DNA from: Antedon mediterranea
Lineage: Eukaryota > Animalia > Echinodermata
Reading direction: 5' to 3'
Length of the DNA stretch: 64,000 bases
Assembly: GCF_964355755.1 (NCBI RefSeq)
Contig: NC_092670.1
Coordinates: 41,269,588-41,333,587, forward strand
Numbering within the stretch: the first letter of the stretch is position 1; every line of letters begins with the position of its first letter. The translations under genes were made by a program, and so were the position numbers. The notes beneath the pieces are model-generated. The model worked only from the letters and a program-made list of their open reading frames with translations, searched no databases and had not been told where the DNA came from. Positions 1 through 12,114 of the stretch are shown here, one piece after another.

Positions 1-2904
1 CTACTCAATCCTAGTTTATCTCACTTTCATCTTGTATGCTACACAGCCTACTCAATCCTAGTTTATCTCACTTTCATCTTGTATTCTACACAGCCTACTA
101 AATCCTAGTTTATCTCACTTTCACCTTGTATGCTACACAGCCTACTCAATCCTAGTTTATCTCACTTTCACCTTGTATGCTACACAGCCTACTAAATCCT
201 AGTTTAGCTCACTTTCACCTTGTATGCTACATAGCCTACTCAATCCTAGTTTATCTCACTTTCACCTTGTATGCTACACAGCCTACTAAATCCTAGTTTA
301 TCTCACTTTCACCTTGTATGCTACACAGCCTACTCAATCCTAGTTTATCTCACTTTCACCTTGTATGCTACACAGCCTACTAAATCCTAGTTTATCTCAC
401 TTTCACCTTGTATGCTACACAGCCTACTCAATCCTAGTTTATCTCACTTTCACCTTGTATGCTACACAGCCTACTCAATCCTAGTTTATCTCACTTTCAC
501 CTTGTATGCTACACAGCCTACTAAATCCTAGTTTATCTCACTTTCACCTTGTATGCTACACAGCCTACTAAATCCTAGTTTATCTCACTTTCACCTTGTA
601 TGCTACACAGCCTACTCAATCCTAGTTTATCTCACTTTCATCTTGTATGCTACACAGCCTACTAAATCCTAGTTTATCTCACTTTCACCTTGTATGCTAC
701 ACAGCCTACTAAATCCTAGTTTATCTCACTTTCACCTTGTATGCTACACAGCCTACTCAATCCTAGTTTATCTCACTTTCACCTTGTATGCTACACAGCC
801 TACTAAATCCTAGTTTATCTCACTTTCATCTTGTATGCTACACAGCCTACTAAATCCTAGTTTATCTCACTTTCACCTTGTATGCTACACAGCCTACTCA
901 ATCCTAGTTTATCTCACTTTCATCTTGTATGCTACACAGCCTACTCAATCCTACTTTATCTCACTTTCACCTTGTATGCTACACAGCCTACTAAATCCTA
1001 GTTTATCTCACTTTCACCTTGTATGCTACACAGCCTACTCAATCCTAGTTTATCTCACTTTCACCTTGTATGCTACACAGCCTACTCAATCCTAGTTTAT
1101 CTCACTTTCACCTTGTATGCTACACAGCCTACTAAATCCTAGTTTATCTCACTTTCACCTTGTATGCTACACAGCCTACTAAATCCTAGTTTATCTCACT
1201 TTCACCTTGTATGCTACACAGCCTACTCAATCCTAGTTTATCTCACTTTCACCTTGTATGCTACACAGCCTACTAAATCCTAGTTTATCTCACTTTCACC
1301 TTGTATGCTACACAGCCTACTCAATCCTAGTTTATCTCACTTTCACCTTGTATGCTACACAGCCTACTCAATCCTAGTTTATCTCACTTTCACCTTGTAT
1401 GCTACACAGCCTACTAAATCCTAGTTTATCTCACTTTCACCTTGTATGCTACACAGCCTACTAAATCCTAGTTTATCTCACTTTCACCTTGTATGCTACA
1501 CAGCCTACTCAATCCTAGTTTATCTCACTTTCACCTTGTATGCTACACAGCCTACTCAATCCTAGTTTATCTCACTTTCACCTTGTATGCTACACAGCCT
1601 ACTAAATCCTAGTTTATCTCACTTTCACCTTGTATGCTACACAGCCTACTCAATCCTAGTTTATCTCACTTTCACCTTGTATGCTACACAGCCTACTAAA
1701 TCCTAGTTTATCTCACTTTCACCTTGTATGCTACACAGCCTACTAAATCCTAGTTTATCTCACTTTCACCTTGTATGCTACACAGCCTACTCAATCCTAG
1801 TTTATCTCACTTTCACCTTGTATGCTACACAGCCTACTAAATCCTAGTTTATCTCACTTTCACCTTGTATGCTACACAGCCTACTAAATCCTAGTTTATC
1901 TCACTTTCACCTTGTATGCTACACAGCCTACTCAATCCTAGTTTATCTCACTTTCACCTTGTATGCTACACAGCCTACTCAATCCTAGTTTATCTCACTT
2001 TCACCTTGTATGCTACACAGCCTACTAAATCCTAGTTTATCTCACTTTCACCTTGTATGCTACACAGCCTACTCAATCCTAGTTTATCTCACTTTCACCT
2101 TGTATGCTACACAGCCTACTCAATCCTAGTTTATCTCACTTTCACCTTGTATGCTACACAGCCTACTCAATCCTAGTTTATCTCACTTTCACCTTGTATG
2201 CTACACAGCCTACTAAATCCTAGTTTATCTCACTTTCACCTTGTATGCTACACAGCCTACTAAATCCTAGTTTATCTCACTTTCACCTTGTATGCTACAC
2301 AGCCTATTAAATCCTAGTTTATCTCACTTTCACCTTGTATGCTACACAGCCTACTCAATCCTAGTTTATCTCACTTTCATCTTGTATGCTACACAGCCTA
2401 CTAAATCCTAGTTTATCTCACTTTCACCTTGTATGCTACACAGCCTACTAAATCCTAGTTTATCTCACTTTCACCTTGTATGCTACACAGCCTACTAAAT
2501 CCTAGTTTATCTCACTTTCACCTTGTATGCTACACAGCCTACTAAATCCTAGTTTATCTCACTTTCACCTTGTATGCTACACAGCCTACTCAATCCTAGT
2601 TTATCTCACTTTCACCTTGTATGCTACACAGCCTACTAAATCCTAGTTTATCTCACTTTCACCTTGTATGCTACACAGCCTACTAAATCCTAGTTTATCT
2701 CACTTTCACCTTGTATGCTACACAGCCTACTAAATCCTAGTTTATCTCACTTTCACCTTGTATGCTACACAGCCTACTCAATCCTAGTTTATCTCACTTT
2801 CACCTTGTATGCTACACAGCCTACTCAATCCTAGTTTATCTCACTTTCACCTTGTATGCTACACAGCCTACTCAATCCTAGTTTATCTCACTTTCACCTT
2901 GTAT
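1..2904. repeat. 47-bp minisatellite, ~62 copies (runs off window start)
   Basis: Unit ctact(c/a)aatcctagtttatctcactttcaccttgtatgctacacagc; copies near-identical. ORFs 835..1095 and 2809..3009 are translations of the repeat. Confidence 0.98.
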
Positions 2905-3307
2905 AGTATGTTGTTATGTTGTATTCACTTTATATGCTACACTGCATACATGTCACATTTGTTCACCTTGATCAACAAATGGAATTCTCATACTAAATTA
3001 TATTACTGAATATTTTACATATTTACTTACTATAATCATTGCTCTATGTTGCCTGTAAATATGATTTACAATGAAATGTCCAAAATATTTAATATAGTAG
3101 TAAGTATATACAATGTAAGCTACTGTATCTAGGCGTACATGTATTAGTATTATAAATTAATTTCGTAATCACCCATTAGTTCCAGTAATAAAGTTATTTT
3201 TACTGATTTTACCAATAAATATTTTAGTTCCTTGATATTAGAATATAAACATTGAATGTGTAATTCTTTATAATGGCACTTAACATCATCATTATTTATG
3301 TGAAGGG

Positions 3308-3774
3308 CCTTCTTTACACGACCAAGTGTAATATGAGATGCCTTCTTTACACGACCAAGTGTAATATGAGATGCCTTCTTTACACGACCAAGTGTAATAT
3401 GAGATGCCTTCTTTACACGACCAAGTGTAATATGAGATGCCTTCTTTACACGACCAAGTGTAATATGAGATGCCTTCTTTACACGACCAAGTGTAATATG
3501 AGATGCCTTCTTTACACGACCAAGTGTAATATGAGATGCCTTCTTTACACGACCAAGTGTAATATGAGATGCCTTCTTTACACGACCAAGTGTAATATGA
3601 GATGCCTTCTTTACACGACCAAGTGTAATATGAGATGCCTTCTTTACACGACCAAGTGTAATATGAGATGCCTTCTTTACACGACCAAGTGTAATATGAG
3701 ATGCCTTCTTTACACGACCAAGTGTAATATGAGATGCCTTCTTTACACGACCAAGTGTAATATGAGATGCCTTC
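3308..3774. repeat. 33-bp minisatellite, ~14 copies
   Basis: Unit gccttctttacacgaccaagtgtaatatgagat with internal hairpin TTACAC-gaccaa-GTGTAA. Explains the repetitive ORFs on both strands. Confidence 0.97.
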
Positions 3775-4360
3775 GTTTCAGCTAATTTAAACCACATAAG
3801 GGAAGACCAGGAAGGACAATCACCAATGACAAACTTGTATGTAAAAATGTAGATAAATGATAAGGCTGTGCTTATTTCACTATTATGAGTTTCAACTCTA
3901 GTAGTACTGTATTTGGTTTTCTTGGAAGTATTGTTTCGTTGTATATGGAATTTTTATTCTGAAATAACGTAATCAATCAACAAACTTGGTTTTTATACAT
4001 TTATTGCTTAAAATAAGTATAAAAAGCAAACATATAACTTGTCATTCAACAATTGCACAATAAATTAAAGATAAAAATAAATCAAGATGAATAAATAAGT
4101 TATAAATAATGTTAAACAAAAAGAAAATGATATAGAGTTTTTCTTTATTACTTAAAAAAAATATAGGGAGCGACTGTATCCAATTAATATGCCTCTTTCT
4201 ATTTAAATAACTATTATACTCTTCACAAGAACAAAACTATAAATGCTACAATTGCTATGTACCAAAGTACATCTTGCATAGTTATATAAATAGCTTTTAA
4301 ACAGTAGAAAAAAGTAGACAACATTAACAAACAGTATAAGGAAAATGTTCAAATTGAAAC

Positions 4361-4502
4361 TAAAAGACAAGTAGTTAAAACCACTTGCTTAAATTTAAAA
4401 GACAAGTAGTTAAAACCACTTGCTTAAATTTAAAAGACAAGTAGTTAAAACCACTTGCTTAAATTTAAAAGACAAGTAGTTAAAACCACTTGCTTAAATT
4501 TC
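4361..4502. repeat. 35-bp tandem repeat x4 in putative 3' UTR
   Basis: Unit taaaagacaagtagttaaaaccacttgcttaaatt. Confidence 0.95.
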
Positions 4503-4584
4503 ATTTGGCCTATCATCCACCTTTTGACTACTACATAAACTATTTTCACGTTCTCAATTCTTCTGTAGCATAATAATACTAGAT

Positions 4585-5211
4585 TTACTTTACAGTTAGA
4601 TTTTGCATAACTTTAGCAACTTTTTCAACATCTTTCTTTTGCTGTACATCTTTTACAAGTTTAATGTCATCTAGAGATTTTGATCTTCTACGACGTATAG
4701 ATCTAATACAAGCAAGGTTTGATTGGTTAGAATTCTCTGTGAATGTGACATCATCCTCATCAGTTTCCATTTTTGTCTCAAAACGTCTTGGATTGTAATA
4801 CGGCTTGAGATAATACTTTCTAAATCGCCTTTCCCGGGTAGCTTTACTATAGTTCTCTTGCCTCTCCATTCTTGTTGTTGTTGAACAACTGGGACTTTTC
4901 TGAGCTTCATCGCTTTCAGTTATTCCTTCTTGTGGAACATATTTGATGGGGCCCAAACCTGTAACAAATGTTGGATTCATGCAAAGAACTTGGTAACTGG
5001 AAGAACTTTTTTTGCTTTCTCTTTCATTTTTCCTTTCTCTTTCATTTTTCCTACTTTTCTCCAGCAGAAATTGTTTACGGCTGTCTGTTACAACACTGAG
5101 CATGCCCAATTCCTGCAGAGCATTATCCACATTCATGCTTCTTGCTGCTGCCTTTAAAAAAGATAAATGCATAATAATTATTTGTTTACTTGTCCCTCGT
5201 ATCGTAATCAT
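4585..5211 (-). CDS. Uncharacterised basic/hydrophilic protein, single coding exon (195-208 aa)
   Basis: Long non-repetitive ORF in AT-rich DNA. Acceptor tttcag immediately upstream (5261-5266) and candidate 5' UTR exon donor G|GTAAG at 5619. AATAAA-like signals near 4000. Contains RRRRSKSLDD. Start could be 5211 or 5172. Confidence 0.7.
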   Translation of the reverse strand: MITIRGTSKQIIIMHLSFLKAAARSMNVDNALQELGMLSVVTDSRKQFLLEKSRKNERERKNERESKKSSSSYQVLCMNPTFVTGLGPIKYVPQEGITESDEAQKSPSCSTTTRMERQENYSKATRERRFRKYYLKPYYNPRRFETKMETDEDDVTFTENSNQSNLACIRSIRRRRSKSLDDIKLVKDVQQKKDVEKVAKVMQNLTVK

Positions 5212-5619
5212 AATGATTTACAAAACCAGTACAGTATTTAATAACATTAATAGAAATTATCTGAAATTAGAATGACTATATAATTAATTTAAAGCCAAGC
5301 ATTCAAGCAAGTACAACAATAACAAATTATTAAAAAAACCAAAACACAACAATCCATTCCAGATTATGGGAAGTGTAGAACCGGCCTTTAACTGTCATTT
5401 TATTGATTTCTGTTGATCGATATGTAGCGCGCCTGGCTGTGTGTGATGACCGAATCGTCCCGCCCGGATTCTTGACTGAATCGGTCCAACAACTACCTAC
5501 CACACTGCACCACCAGCAGGCAGGCTAGGCCCAGCAGGGACGATTCAGCCCAGCCAGGTTTGGCACCCAATATACGTACACTCAACTAACTCAAGTGTAT
5601 AATATCCAAATATCTTACC

Positions 5620-6107
5620 CTTTCTTTTAATTAAATTAATATACACTGTACTTCCCATATACCTGCAGGCAGAAGAGTTTAAAAAGCAATCTAAACGGCT
5701 AGCCTAGTTAATTGTGTTAGCTCCTTTTTGTAATGTAATGTTTACGTATATAGCGCCCTCAGTACCGAAGGACACATCTCCCACACGAACGCGCCAATAA
5801 AAATCTTTATACCAAAAAAAACAACGTATTTTTTATTTACGTTTAGTGTATTCAATAAATAAATCCAAACTAAAAAAAATGTATTAATGCATAATTTTTC
5901 CATTCATATATTATGTTTTAATTATTTTTTTGCAAAAGAAATTACACAAAGTTGTTACAGTAGAGTATTGATTTAACAAACACACACATTAAAATGTCAG
6001 CCTCCTGTAAAATATTTTTTGTTGCTTGTAATACTGTATTCCCATAGTTTTAACCTAAGTCTACCCATCATTTTTGAATTAATTCATTTGAATCATTCTA
6101 AAGGAAC
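5620..6107. promoter_or_regulatory. Putative bidirectional promoter between the minus-strand gene and DTWD1
   Basis: Head-to-head gene starts within ~500 bp; TAGCGCCCTC motif at 5751 and GCCAAT at ~5793. Confidence 0.45.
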
Positions 6108-9100
6108 ATGGATGAAGATAGAAGAGCCAGTGGGGGTTTGCTTCTTAAAAACTTGAAATTAGCATCGCATTCTATCCTCGAGTCAATGAATGGACGATCT
6201 CCATGTCCAAATTGCAAAGCATCAAGAAAGTTTTATTGCTATACTTGTTATGTACCGGTTGAAGAACTCAAAGATAAAGTTCCACAAGTAAAGGTAAATG
6301 TTTACTTTCAATTTCTAACAATATCTAACTAAAGACTGATTGGTAATTATCAAATTAATCTGACATCAATCAATAGTACTATAGTACTTAGTAGAGGGGG
6401 TAGGCGAACTTACTACTGAACCTTTTTAATTTACACGTGCGTAGCCTGTCACTTTTGACGTGCTCGTATAACGTAATTTCGAGTTGAAAAGTAAGTCAAG
6501 AAAACAGAAATCGGGCAAAAAGAGTGCGCAATAACATTTAACGCGCAGTGCGCGCGCAAAAATCTGCGCACTCATGGCAATTTTGTAAACGCTTAAAATT
6601 GCCTGAAACGTACTCTTATTTCGAAAATAAATTTTGAAAATTTTAAGCGCGCGTACGCATGCGTTACATGCGCTACGCACGTAATTGTATTGCCATATGA
6701 TGATTTATGCCCTGAAATTTATGAGTACCAAATTTTATTTAATTGTGATTCATGGTTGTGAAGATATGATTACAAACGTGATTTCGTTAAATTGTGCGTA
6801 GACCGCGTAATTTTTTATTGCGCACCGTGAAAACATAACCACATCGATTCCTGGCCATAAGGAATATACTGTGAAAAATTGACTTAGCTAGATTAAACTG
6901 ATATCAAGATAAGGTCAGAAAGCGATAAAACGCATAGTGATACCGGACCGACAGACAGACCGACCGACATAGTGAACTATAGAGTCGCGTCCACGCGACT
7001 AAAAACAAATACTTCCCAGGACAAATTTCAATTCAACTTTAGGGGTAGGGGTGTACATAGCTATGATAGGTGTATGTTTTAAGTACGTTGTAAACTGTAT
7101 AAATGAATAGGTGTCATATTGGCTGATAATTAAAATATCTAATTTTGATACTGCGTCCCCCCAGCCTTCTTTCTCCTCTCACCATCCCAACCACAATCAA
7201 CAAACCTTAACTCCTCCCCTGGACAGTTCAAATGTAGTAACTTTTCCTATTACAATTCCAATCATATAGACTACTTCATTATGCCAATATTTTCGCTCCT
7301 TCTCCTCCCCTCCAAACACACCCCAGATACTGGGTGATATGTTTAAGACGATTCCAGTACAAATTGTGTTAGCCAGCACTCCCAATCCATAATCCCTCAA
7401 GCAGTTTTCAAAAGCAGTTTAAAACATTCCCAATACAGTTTCTGACATGGTGATAAGCTTACATCCCCACCTCAAACTCCATTCCCCTTCCCAGGGATAA
7501 TTAAAATACATTATCCTACTACAATTCTGGTCAATTTGATAGCCAACTACCCCTAGCCTAAGCAAAATCCTCACAACCTTCTGAACCTCAACTCCCACAC
7601 CCTATCTAACCAAATCCCCGGATTTTTGCAATGTGACGTCGTTTAAAACCTTCCCAGTACATTTGCTATAATTTTGATACCCTATATGTATGGTTTCATG
7701 CAGAAACAGAAATTTGTATAACGAACAAACATCGAAAGTGGACCATTTCGGTCCTAGATGGCGTCTGATGTTCAAATATAGTAGTAGAACACAGTAACAG
7801 TAAAGAACGTGTGTATGTTCACACAGGAAATGGATGTCTGTAATGAGACAATCCAAGAGGCCAATACATAGCTGGATATAGTTAAAGTACTTTGCTAAAT
7901 GTGTAATTGAATAGGTGTCATATTGGTTAATGAATAAAATATGTACAGTATATCTATATCTATATTTCCCCAAACGCCTTGCTGAGGATAATTCAAATAC
8001 TGTAAAACTTTTGTAGTATAATTGTACAATTCGATAGCCTACAACCCCGAGCCCTAGCAAAAATGACATCACAAACTACCACAGCCAACCCCCCCACCCC
8101 CCCACCGCCCTCCCACAAAAACCCCAGTTCGGGGGAATTTTTTTAATGTAGTTTAAAACCTTCCGGGTACAATTGCCATCATTTTGATACCCGATATGTA
8201 CAGTATAACCCTGCAGAAACAGAAATTTGTATATCGAACAAACATCGAAAGTGGGGGTTTTGACCACATTTTGGTCCCTAACTTGGATCCTAGGTGGCGG
8301 ATGATGTTCAAATATAGCTTAGAACATTCCCGGTACAATTGCGGTCATTTTGATACCCCATATGTAAGATTGCGTGCAGTAACAAAAATGTGTATAGCGA
8401 ACAAACAAACAAACACACAGACAGACGTACAAACTCTCTCACTTATAATATAGATAAATAATAATAATGATAATAATACAGTATTATCATATCATTATTA
8501 ATTAGGCCTAGGCCTACTAAATAATAATGACAGTAACTATAAAAAAATTGTTGTTGTTGAATATGCTATTTTATTGGTTTGTTTCTATAGAAGTAAACGT
8601 AAATAACTTGATTAAAACTGCAAAATGGAAAGGTCTGATTTCGATTAATCTTCATTTTTAAAAATGTTTTTGGAGGAAAATATAATTTTTTTGGAATATG
8701 GTTATGTTATAAATCAAATACATTTATTGATTTTATATTAGCAATATTCTTCATTATTTTCTTTGTACTGTAGTTACCATTAAAAATTGACATAATAAAA
8801 CATCCAAAAGAAATAGATGGCAAAAGCACAGCAGTACATGCTGGGTTAATATCACCCAATGATGTTACTATCTACACCTTTCCATGTATTCCAGATTTTG
8901 AGTCATCTGAAAAGGTAAATCATTATATAGTCATCATTAAGTTTTCTTTCATTGCTGGGTTAATACAGTATCACCCAATGATGTTACTATCTACACCTTT
9001 CCATGTATTCCAGATTTTGAGTCATCTGAAAAGGTAAAATCAATGATTATATAGTCATCATTAAGTTTTCTTTCATTGCTGGGTTAATATCACCCAAAAT

Positions 9101-10312
9101 CTTATTATTATTATTATGTATTCCGGATTTTTATTGATTCTTCAGAGAAGGTAATCATTACAGTCAAGTTTTCTTTCATTTTTTAAAATGTTTGGTGTAT
9201 ATTGTTTCTTTTACACCCAGTTTATCATGTTCCTTGTTATTTGTCATATTTGACTTGCAGGTAGTGCTCGTTTTTCCATCTAAAGATGCTGTGAAATTAG
9301 ACGATATTTTTAAAGTGCCAAAAGACGACAAAAAAGAGGGAAAGGAAGACGACAAAAAAGAGGGAAAGGAAGACGACAAAAAAGAGGGTGTGAAAGAGCA
9401 AATAGATTCCTCTTTCACACGTGTTGTTTTTATTGACAGTACTTGGAATCAAAGTAATCAAATATTCAGAGATGAAAGATTGAAAGGTAAATTATAAAAA
9501 CTAATATAACAACAAAATACAGTGTTTATCAATATAGAAAAAATTATGATAAATATTTTATTTTGATAGAAACTTTGTAATAAATGCAGTAATTATAGAA
9601 AGGTTAATATTATTGGTAATCCAGTATGTTATTACGATAGAATTATTGGTAATTAATTATTTTATTACAATATAAATGTTAATGCTGCTTCTCTTCTAAT
9701 AGCATTAACATTACGAAGATAAAATAATATTTTGATATCTATAGAAACGATTATCAATAACATTATTATTGATTACATTAGTGAAAAAATATCAATATAG
9801 TAAAAAGCAATGGTTATGGTTTATTATGTCATTCTGTTTTGTTCTTATTAGGTTTACCTTGTATAATACTGAACAGTAGAGAAACCTGCTTTTGGGGAAC
9901 ACAAATCATATGACGTCATTCTGTTTTGTTCTTATTAGGTTTACCTTGTATAATACTGAACAGTAGAGAAACCTGCTTTTGGAGAACACAAAAGGACAAG
10001 CCAAACACTTACCTAGCAACTATAGAAGCCATTTATTATTTTCTCGTTGATTATCACAATCTAACGCACGACGATATTCCATATGACGGCCGCTATGATA
10101 ATCTTCTGTATTTTTACGCGTTTATGTACAAAGTGGTTGAAAAAAGTAATGAGGAGAAAAAACATGAGGGAATGGAAAATATAAGAAAACGAAAACGACA
10201 AGATTGGGAAGAGAAAATAAGAAATAAGAAACTTGACAATTTAGATGATGTAGAAAAAGAGAAATGTAAACAAAATAATGATGATTCGAACAAAAAAGCA
10301 GGTTCTTCATAA
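6108..10312 (+). CDS. DTWD1: tRNA-uridine aminocarboxypropyltransferase 1 (DTW domain-containing protein 1)
   Basis: Exons 6108-6293, 8774-8914, 9261-9486, 9939-10312, all GT-AG and phase-compatible. Motifs [48 protein letters not shown] (DXTW), [22 protein letters not shown]. Confidence 0.96.
6424..7004 (-). mobile_element. Helentron-associated non-autonomous element (HINE/DINE-1-like), truncated
   Basis: Terminal hairpin agtcgcgt-cc-acgcgact next to a (GACA/GACC) microsatellite and T-run. Body resembles 40400-40700 (e.g. gtgctcgtat..cgt.att, aattttaa.cgcgcgt). Confidence 0.65.
7005..8455 (-). mobile_element. Non-autonomous Helitron-like element in DTWD1 intron 1
   Basis: Minus strand begins (A)TCTATATTATAAGTGAGAGAGTTTG followed by a (TCTG/TTTG)n microsatellite, a typical Helitron 5' TC end. 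Internal duplications 7640-7790 and 8150-8330. May extend left to ~6380. Confidence 0.55.
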
Positions 10313-10353
10313 TATCAAACAAACCACTATTAAATCACTTGTCGTCGCTATAT

Positions 10354-10715
10354 TCGTAATAGCCTATATATTGTACCCTATGTTCACACTATACAAGTTT
10401 TTCAAATTGAGTTATCGTCTTCACTGTTCGTAATAGCCTATATATTGTACCCTATGTTCACACTATACAAGTTGTTCAAATTGAGTTATCGTCTTCACTG
10501 TTCGTAAAAGCCTATATATTGTACCCTATGTTCACACTATACAAGTTGTTCATATTGAGTTATCGTCTTCACTGTTCGTAATAGCCTATATATTGTACCC
10601 TATGTTCACACTATAAAAGTTGTTCAAATTGAGTTATCGTCTTCACTGTTCGTAATAGTCTATATATTGTGCCCTTTGTTCACACTTTACAAGTTATGAT
10701 GTTCAAATTGAGTTT
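10354..10715. repeat. 72-bp tandem repeat x~5 in DTWD1 3' UTR
   Basis: Unit ttcgtaatagcctatatattgtaccctatgttcacactatacaagttgttcaaattgagttatcgtcttcactg; AATAAA follows at ~10739. Confidence 0.93.
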
Positions 10716-11972
10716 CAAATGTTTTTTTTATTGCTCTTAATAAACAATCAACACTTTGATAAACATAAATGAATCATAGAAGGTACACCTGATTCTTGGG
10801 AGCAGACGGCAATTTATCTCTCAAATTACTAGATTGTTCAATGCCGCCGGTTTGGTAACCCACGTAAACTTTTATTGGCTTATGATTGATTATACTATAA
10901 GAAACAACAATAGAGACTCTGTATTTGGTCTTCAGATTCAAGTCCATTTTGTTTTCTGACCTCTTTATGTAGAACAGGTGTCCATATTTGTTGTTAAGGA
11001 GTGTAGGCCAGGTGACAAGAGTCTTACTTTAAAGGTGTCCATATTTGTTGTTAAGGAGTGTAGGCCAGGTGACAAGAGTCCTACTTTAAAAAGACAGAAC
11101 CCTAACCATGGTTTTCGTAAAACCTATTCTGCGAATATTATATTGATTGAGGATTATCTTTATGTGACCAAATAAAATGGAAAGCGATTAAACACCGATG
11201 TATCTTTAATCACAACAACTACGATATTTCACTCCGCGTTCACAGAAGGGTAATGAACTATATCAATATATCATGAGAATAGAAATTGACATCATGATAT
11301 AAGTTGGGCTACGTGCATTGTCGACGACGATCCTTGTCCGTACAAGCCGGAGTTACAAAAGTAATTACAAATATTGAAAATACAGAATAATACAATTTTA
11401 CCGACCTACTTGTTAATTCGTGTGACTTTAGTGTTAGAAGGTGATTTCAAGTACATGACTAGCGTGTCTACCACTTACAAAACATCTGCTGTTAAACAAC
11501 AAAATATCTTTTCAACAATGTTGTACTATGTAGTCAAATAAATTATGTCACTTTGTGGTGTCGGATGTAAAATACACAGGCCAAAATACAGTTGAAACAG
11601 TTGGTTGCTTTATATTTTAGAACTTGACATGAGGACTACTACAAACGGCGTCACAAAAAGTGTTAAACCATCTCTGGCTACTATGGTTGACCAAACCAAT
11701 ATTTGCTTGATTCATCTCCAATGCCAAAAAAAGAAAAGAAAAAAAAAGTGGGGGTTAAACCCCGTGTAATCACAGTTTATTATTTAAGCCTAAATTGTTG
11801 TCATTTTTATCGGCCAACAAGTAGTAATACAACGATTACAAAATGTGAGAGTTGAGACTGAGGCCATGGCCAACCAGTGAACTTCATAGTACATATATAT
11901 ATAGGCCAGTTGTTCGCTTTCTTGACCAGCAGTCGTTAAAGTAATTCCCACCCAATATTCTGTTTGTATTTT

Positions 11973-12114
11973 TTTTATAGTTACCGTACTAAATACAGAT
12001 GTGGTATCATTCCATCCCTTTTATAGTTACCGTACTAAATACAGATGTGGTATCATTCCATCCCTTTTATAGTTACCGTACTAAATACAGATGTGGTATC
12101 ATTCCATCCCTTTT
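11973..12114. repeat. 46-bp tandem repeat x3
   Basis: Unit ttttatagttaccgtactaaatacagatgtggtatcattccatccc. Confidence 0.93.

Noticed and set aside
1-2904. CRISPR-like array
   Set aside because: Contiguous near-identical units with no unique spacers, no cas genes, and a eukaryotic context. The same applies to all arrays in the window.
3150-3797. 215-aa and 170-aa repeat proteins
   Set aside because: They arise from a 33-bp stop-free unit open on both strands; no supporting gene structure.
10978-11363. Possible pseudogene or exon (57-bp duplication, stop-interrupted frame)
   Set aside because: Multiple stops and no recognisable homology; cannot be supported.
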